Part shown: positions 60,801 to 64,000 of the stretch, in pieces
Layout: each line of letters starts with the position of its first letter
Position numbering within the stretch: position 1 is the stretch's first letter
Assembly: GCA_963772835.1 (NCBI GenBank)
Contig: CAVYYZ010000008.1
Coordinates: forward strand, 323,652-387,651
Reading direction: 5' to 3'
DNA: 64,000 nt
Source of the DNA: an uncultured delta proteobacterium
GTDB taxonomy: Bacteria > Desulfobacterota > Desulfuromonadia > Geobacterales > Pseudopelobacteraceae
Translations under genes and position numbers: made by a program
Notes under the pieces: model-generated
The model's input: only the letters and a program-made list of their open reading frames with translations
Database searches by the model: none
What the model was told of the DNA's origin: nothing

Positions 60801-61149
60801 CGCTCGTCCGGCGGGCGTTAATTATTAAGTAAACCTTAATAACTGGGAATGGGTGGGTACAAATTGTACCTACCCTTGAGGAAACCAACTGTCGACAGTG
60901 AACCACAGGCTGGGGAACCAAATATCAAAATCGGGCGAACACAAGGTATCGCCCCTACGGAATCGGACATATCCAAAGGCGGGCGCGGCGAGCAGCGCCC
61001 CTACGGATGCGGCTGGGTGGATGAAAGGGGGGGCAATTTATCCCCTCCCTTGGAATGAACTGTCCGGAAATACCGGACGTTTGGAATCAAGTCCGTGACA
61101 TTTTGTCACGACTTGTCGTAATCGTCGAGCGGGGTACAAACCGTACCCT
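60800..61149. repeat. Array of heterogeneous short palindromes between cas6e and rhuM
   Basis: About ten hairpins or palindromes in 350 bp; see top finding. Confidence 0.8.
60933..61004 (-). repeat. Two GTAG-family REP-like hairpins
   Basis: Minus strand GTAGGGGCGATACCTTGTGTTCGCCC (60958-60933) and GTAGGGGCGCTGCTCGCCGCGCCC (61004-60981). Confidence 0.7.
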
Positions 61150-61180
61150 GTTGCATGAAGCAGAATAAAGGGAGATTCAC

Positions 61181-62206
61181 ATGAGCGATGTCCTGAATGC
61201 CTCACAGATGCTGATTTATCAGACTACAGACGGAATTACGAAACTTGAAGTCCATCTTGAAAACGAGACGGTCTGGCTTTCGCAAAAACAGATGGCAGAA
61301 CTTTTTCAGGTGACCATTCCCACCATCAATGAGCACATAAAAACCATTTATGATGACGGGGAACTTGAGGTGGAGGCAACTATTCGGAAATTCCGAATAG
61401 TTCAAACTGAAGGTTCACGGCAGGTGAACAGGCCGGTTGATTACTACAACCTCGACATGATCATTTCTGTCGGTTACCGGGTAAAGAGCCATGTCGCGAC
61501 CCGTTTTCGGCAGTGGGCCACCCAACGGCTGCGAGAGTACATCATCAAAGGTTTTACCATGGATGATGAACGGCTTAAGCAGGCCGGTGGCGGTAACTAC
61601 TTCGACGAGCTGCTGGCGCGAATCCGCGACATTCGTTCGTCAGAGAAAGTTTTCTGGCGCAAGGTGCTGGAGATATACGCCACCAGCATTGACTATGATC
61701 CGGCGACCGAGGCATCAAGGAAGTTTTTTGCCACCGTACAGAACAAGATGCACTGGGCTACTCATGGGCAGACTGCTGCCGAGATTATTTTTGCCAGAGC
61801 CGATGCCGGTAAGCCTAACATGGGATTAACGAGCTGGGTGGGTGACTCCTTGCGAAAGACAGACGTCGAGGTTGCCAAAAACTATCTGAACGAAGAGGAA
61901 CTGGAAATTCTCAACCGAATCGTGACTTCCTATCTTGAATTTGCAGAATTGCAGGCGCTCTCTCGTAAGCCGATGTATATGGCCGGGTGGATCGCCAAGT
62001 TGGATGATTTTCTGAAGCTAAGCGAGCGCGAAATTTTGACCCATGCCGGAAAACTCAGCCATGAAGAAGCGCTGCAAAAAGCTCATGTGGAGTATGACCG
62101 CTTTCATAAGGAGCAGTTGCAGGAGCCGTCCCGAGTGGAGAGGGATTTTCTGGAGGTGGCGAAGAAAGCCGAAAAAACCGGAAAAGTGCTGAAACAAAAG
62201 GTGTGA
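61181..62206 (+). CDS. RhuM-family (virulence RhuM) putative DNA-binding protein
   Basis: ETVWLSQKQMAELF, YNLDMIISVGYRVKS, FRQWAT, YFDELLARIRDIRSSE, VAKNYL; GGGAG RBS. Confidence 0.92.
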   Translation: MSDVLNASQMLIYQTTDGITKLEVHLENETVWLSQKQMAELFQVTIPTINEHIKTIYDDGELEVEATIRKFRIVQTEGSRQVNRPVDYYNLDMIISVGYRVKSHVATRFRQWATQRLREYIIKGFTMDDERLKQAGGGNYFDELLARIRDIRSSEKVFWRKVLEIYATSIDYDPATEASRKFFATVQNKMHWATHGQTAAEIIFARADAGKPNMGLTSWVGDSLRKTDVEVAKNYLNEEELEILNRIVTSYLEFAELQALSRKPMYMAGWIAKLDDFLKLSEREILTHAGKLSHEEALQKAHVEYDRFHKEQLQEPSRVERDFLEVAKKAEKTGKVLKQKV

Positions 62207-62276
62207 CATGGGACAAAGGAGCAAAAAAAAACGGAGCATGCCGGAGCCAAGTAATGGTTGCGGCGCATACTGGGGC

Positions 62277-63017
62277 ATCTGGGTAGAGAAGGAAATGATG
62301 ATTGAGGCCGAACTTGGGCGAGCCGCAGAAGTGCAGAAGGGGCTTCTGCCAAAAAGTCGCGCCGTACTGCGTGGATATGAAGTCGCAGGTGGCTTCAAGT
62401 AGTGCAGCGAAGTTGGGGGCGACTTCTACGATTGGTACGACGTCGACGAAGGTGAAGCCTTTACTCTGGCAGACGTCATGGGCAAAGGAATGGCTGCCGC
62501 AATGATTGGGGCGACCGTTCGGGCGGTATTGCGCGCCGGATCAAAAAGTGGTGACCTAGTAAGAGCCGTTGAGGTCGCCGCGATCACATTGGATTCTGAT
62601 CTCAATAGCGTAGGAAGTTTCGCTACGCTTTTTCATGCTCGCCTCAATATGAATACCGGCTTAGTCCGCTACATCGACGCAGGCCATGGACTCTCATTTG
62701 TACTTAGAGACGAGGGCCCAACTATTCGTTTGATGTCAGAGAACCCGCCATTAGGGGCTGGCATTGACACAGAATGGCAGGAGCAAAATTTCACGATGGA
62801 GCCAGGAGATACCCTTATTTCCATTAGCGACGGCGTTCTTGATCTATTCGATGGGACAATCGAGGGCATGTTTGTCGCCGAAAGTACGGTGAGAAACGCT
62901 ACCAGTGCTCAAGCTGTGGTTGATGTGATACTCAATATGGTCGGACCTAACGCCTCTGACGATGTCACCATACTGGTTGTCCATCGGATGAAGACAACCG
63001 CAACTTTCGAGATCTAG
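62277..63017 (+). pseudogene. SpoIIE/RsbU-type PP2C phosphatase fragment with in-frame TAG, N-terminally truncated
   Basis: AAEVQKGLLP..GGFK*CSEVGGDFYDW..ADVMGKG..SDGVLD..DDVTIL in one frame; TAG at 62400-62402; left boundary approximate. Confidence 0.78.
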
Positions 63018-63170
63018 TTTGGTACGCGACCTAACCTAAGTAATCCGAACGTAACTGCATCCTCCAATGCCATCGCCGATGCAGCGATCACGTTCACGTA
63101 CACCCATCGTGTCCCACTCGCCTTTACCGTCGCTTGTCTCAACGAGAACGCGAGTAATGGCACCCGTGCC
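63014..63170 (-). pseudogene. C-terminal fragment of a citramalate/isopropylmalate synthase (CimA/LeuA regulatory domain), frameshifted
   Basis: Translated by hand: GTGAITRVLVETSDGKGEWDTMGV, shift at about 63098, then VNVIAASAMALEDAVTFGLLRLGRVPN*; not in the ORF track. Confidence 0.7.
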
Positions 63171-63205
63171 TAAACGACCTTCGAGAATGCGGCGACAAGG
63201 CGGCG

Positions 63206-64000
63206 CACTTGCTCGGCTTCATTGGGCGCATCAACGAAAATGATGTGGCGCAATTGGAAGAAAAAGAGCTGGATGGCAATTATCGCGGCTCGGACTACAT
63301 CGGCAAAACGGGTTTGGAACAAAGCTACGAAACCGAGCTGCATGGCGTGGCGGGCATCGAGCAAGTTGAAGTGGATTCGGCAGGACGCGCGGTGCGTTTG
63401 TTGTCGCGCACTGCGCCCGTGTCTGGCAACACGCTGGTGTTGAGCATAGATGCCAAGCTGCAAGAAATCGCCGAACAAGCCTTCGGCGATTATCGCGGCG
63501 CGTTAGTGGCAATCGACCCCGCTAACGGTGAGGTGTTGGCATTTGTTAGTCGTCCTGGCTTTGATCCGACGTTGTTTATTGACGGAATCGATGCGCAAAG
63601 CTGGGACGAATTAAACACCTCTCCTGACCATCCGCTGATTAACCGTGCCTTGCGCGGGCAATATCCTTCTGGCTCAACTATCAAGCCTTTCATGGCATTA
63701 GCGGGGTTGAACGACGGCACGCGCAGTCCCGCGCGCAGCATCAGCGACCCTGGCTATTTCACTTTGCCAGGCAGCTCGCATCAATATCGCGATCGGAAAG
63801 CGGGCGGACATGGCACGGTGGATTTATTCAAATCTATCGTGGTGTCGTGCGACACCTATTACTACGGCCTAGCGACCGAGATGGGCATAGACAACATTTT
63901 TAATTTTTTATCGCGCTTTGGTTTCGGAAAAAAAATGGGCAGCATTTGCAAGATGAATCGTCAGGGCTGTTGCCGTCCGCCGCTTGGAAAATGAAGCGTT
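63206..64000 (+). pseudogene. mrdA: Internal fragment of penicillin-binding protein 2, no 5' end, frameshift near 63940
   Basis: IGKTGLEQSYE, NRALRGQYPSGSTIKP (SxxK), SCDTYYY; continuation LQDESSGLLPSAAWK lies in another frame. Confidence 0.85.

Noticed and set aside
60849..61098. ORFs 60849-61058 and 60898-61098 as real genes
   Set aside because: They run through REP-like hairpins and palindromes, lack a convincing RBS and show no coherent domain.
62400..62402. Pyrrolysine or programmed read-through of the in-frame TAG in the PP2C gene
   Set aside because: The gene is also 5'-truncated, neighbouring fragments carry frameshifts, and no pyl genes are in view; error or decay is simpler.
60801..64000. 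Canonical CRISPR array after cas6e
   Set aside because: No 28-29 nt direct repeat recurring at about 61-nt period was seen here or elsewhere in the window; only one partial repeat-like sequence near 60893-60921.

Overview
Bacterial chromosomal window whose gene content points to a Geobacteraceae/Desulfuromonadales-like deltaproteobacterium (inference; no database search was run). Bases 1-21.2 kb hold mostly housekeeping and envelope genes (iclR-like fragment, USP, two B12-binding radical SAM proteins, LysM-NlpC/P60, a CdaA-CdaR fused diadenylate cyclase, ubiE/menG, fabI, hflX, tpx) and end at tRNA-Arg(ACG). Bases 21.2-35 kb are a signalling-rich accessory stretch. It contains a hybrid histidine kinase split in frame by an intact IS1182-family element (CTAG target duplication), an IS256-like relic, an MFS transporter, a c-type-heme (CxxCH) periplasmic-sensor GGDEF-EAL protein paired with an orphan PhnD-like binding protein, and a second hybrid kinase. 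Bases 35.5-40.4 kb are a cobalamin riboswitch followed by cobU-cobT-cobS-bzaF(thiC paralogue)-cobC. Bases 40.5-52.1 kb hold an SPFH gene, a polar amino-acid ABC operon, proC and pap (PPK2). Bases 52.1-62.2 kb are a defence island: a Phd-RelE toxin-antitoxin pair, a DnaQ-like exonuclease, type I-E cas3-cas8e-cas11-cas7-cas5-cas6e and rhuM. No cas1, cas2 or CRISPR array is visible. The most unusual signal is the 380 bp between cas6e and rhuM. It is packed with different short palindromes at roughly 31-33 nt spacing; most have an arm/5-nt A-rich core/arm geometry, and several are joined by GGAAT-like linkers. The same geometry recurs as a perfect 25-bp palindrome inside the rhuM coding sequence. 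After about 62.26 kb the sequence becomes a mosaic of broken, foreign-looking fragments (PP2C phosphatase, cimA 3' end, mrdA) with stops and frameshifts. This is most likely a chimeric or error-rich assembly tail, so the absence of cas1/cas2/array must be read with caution.
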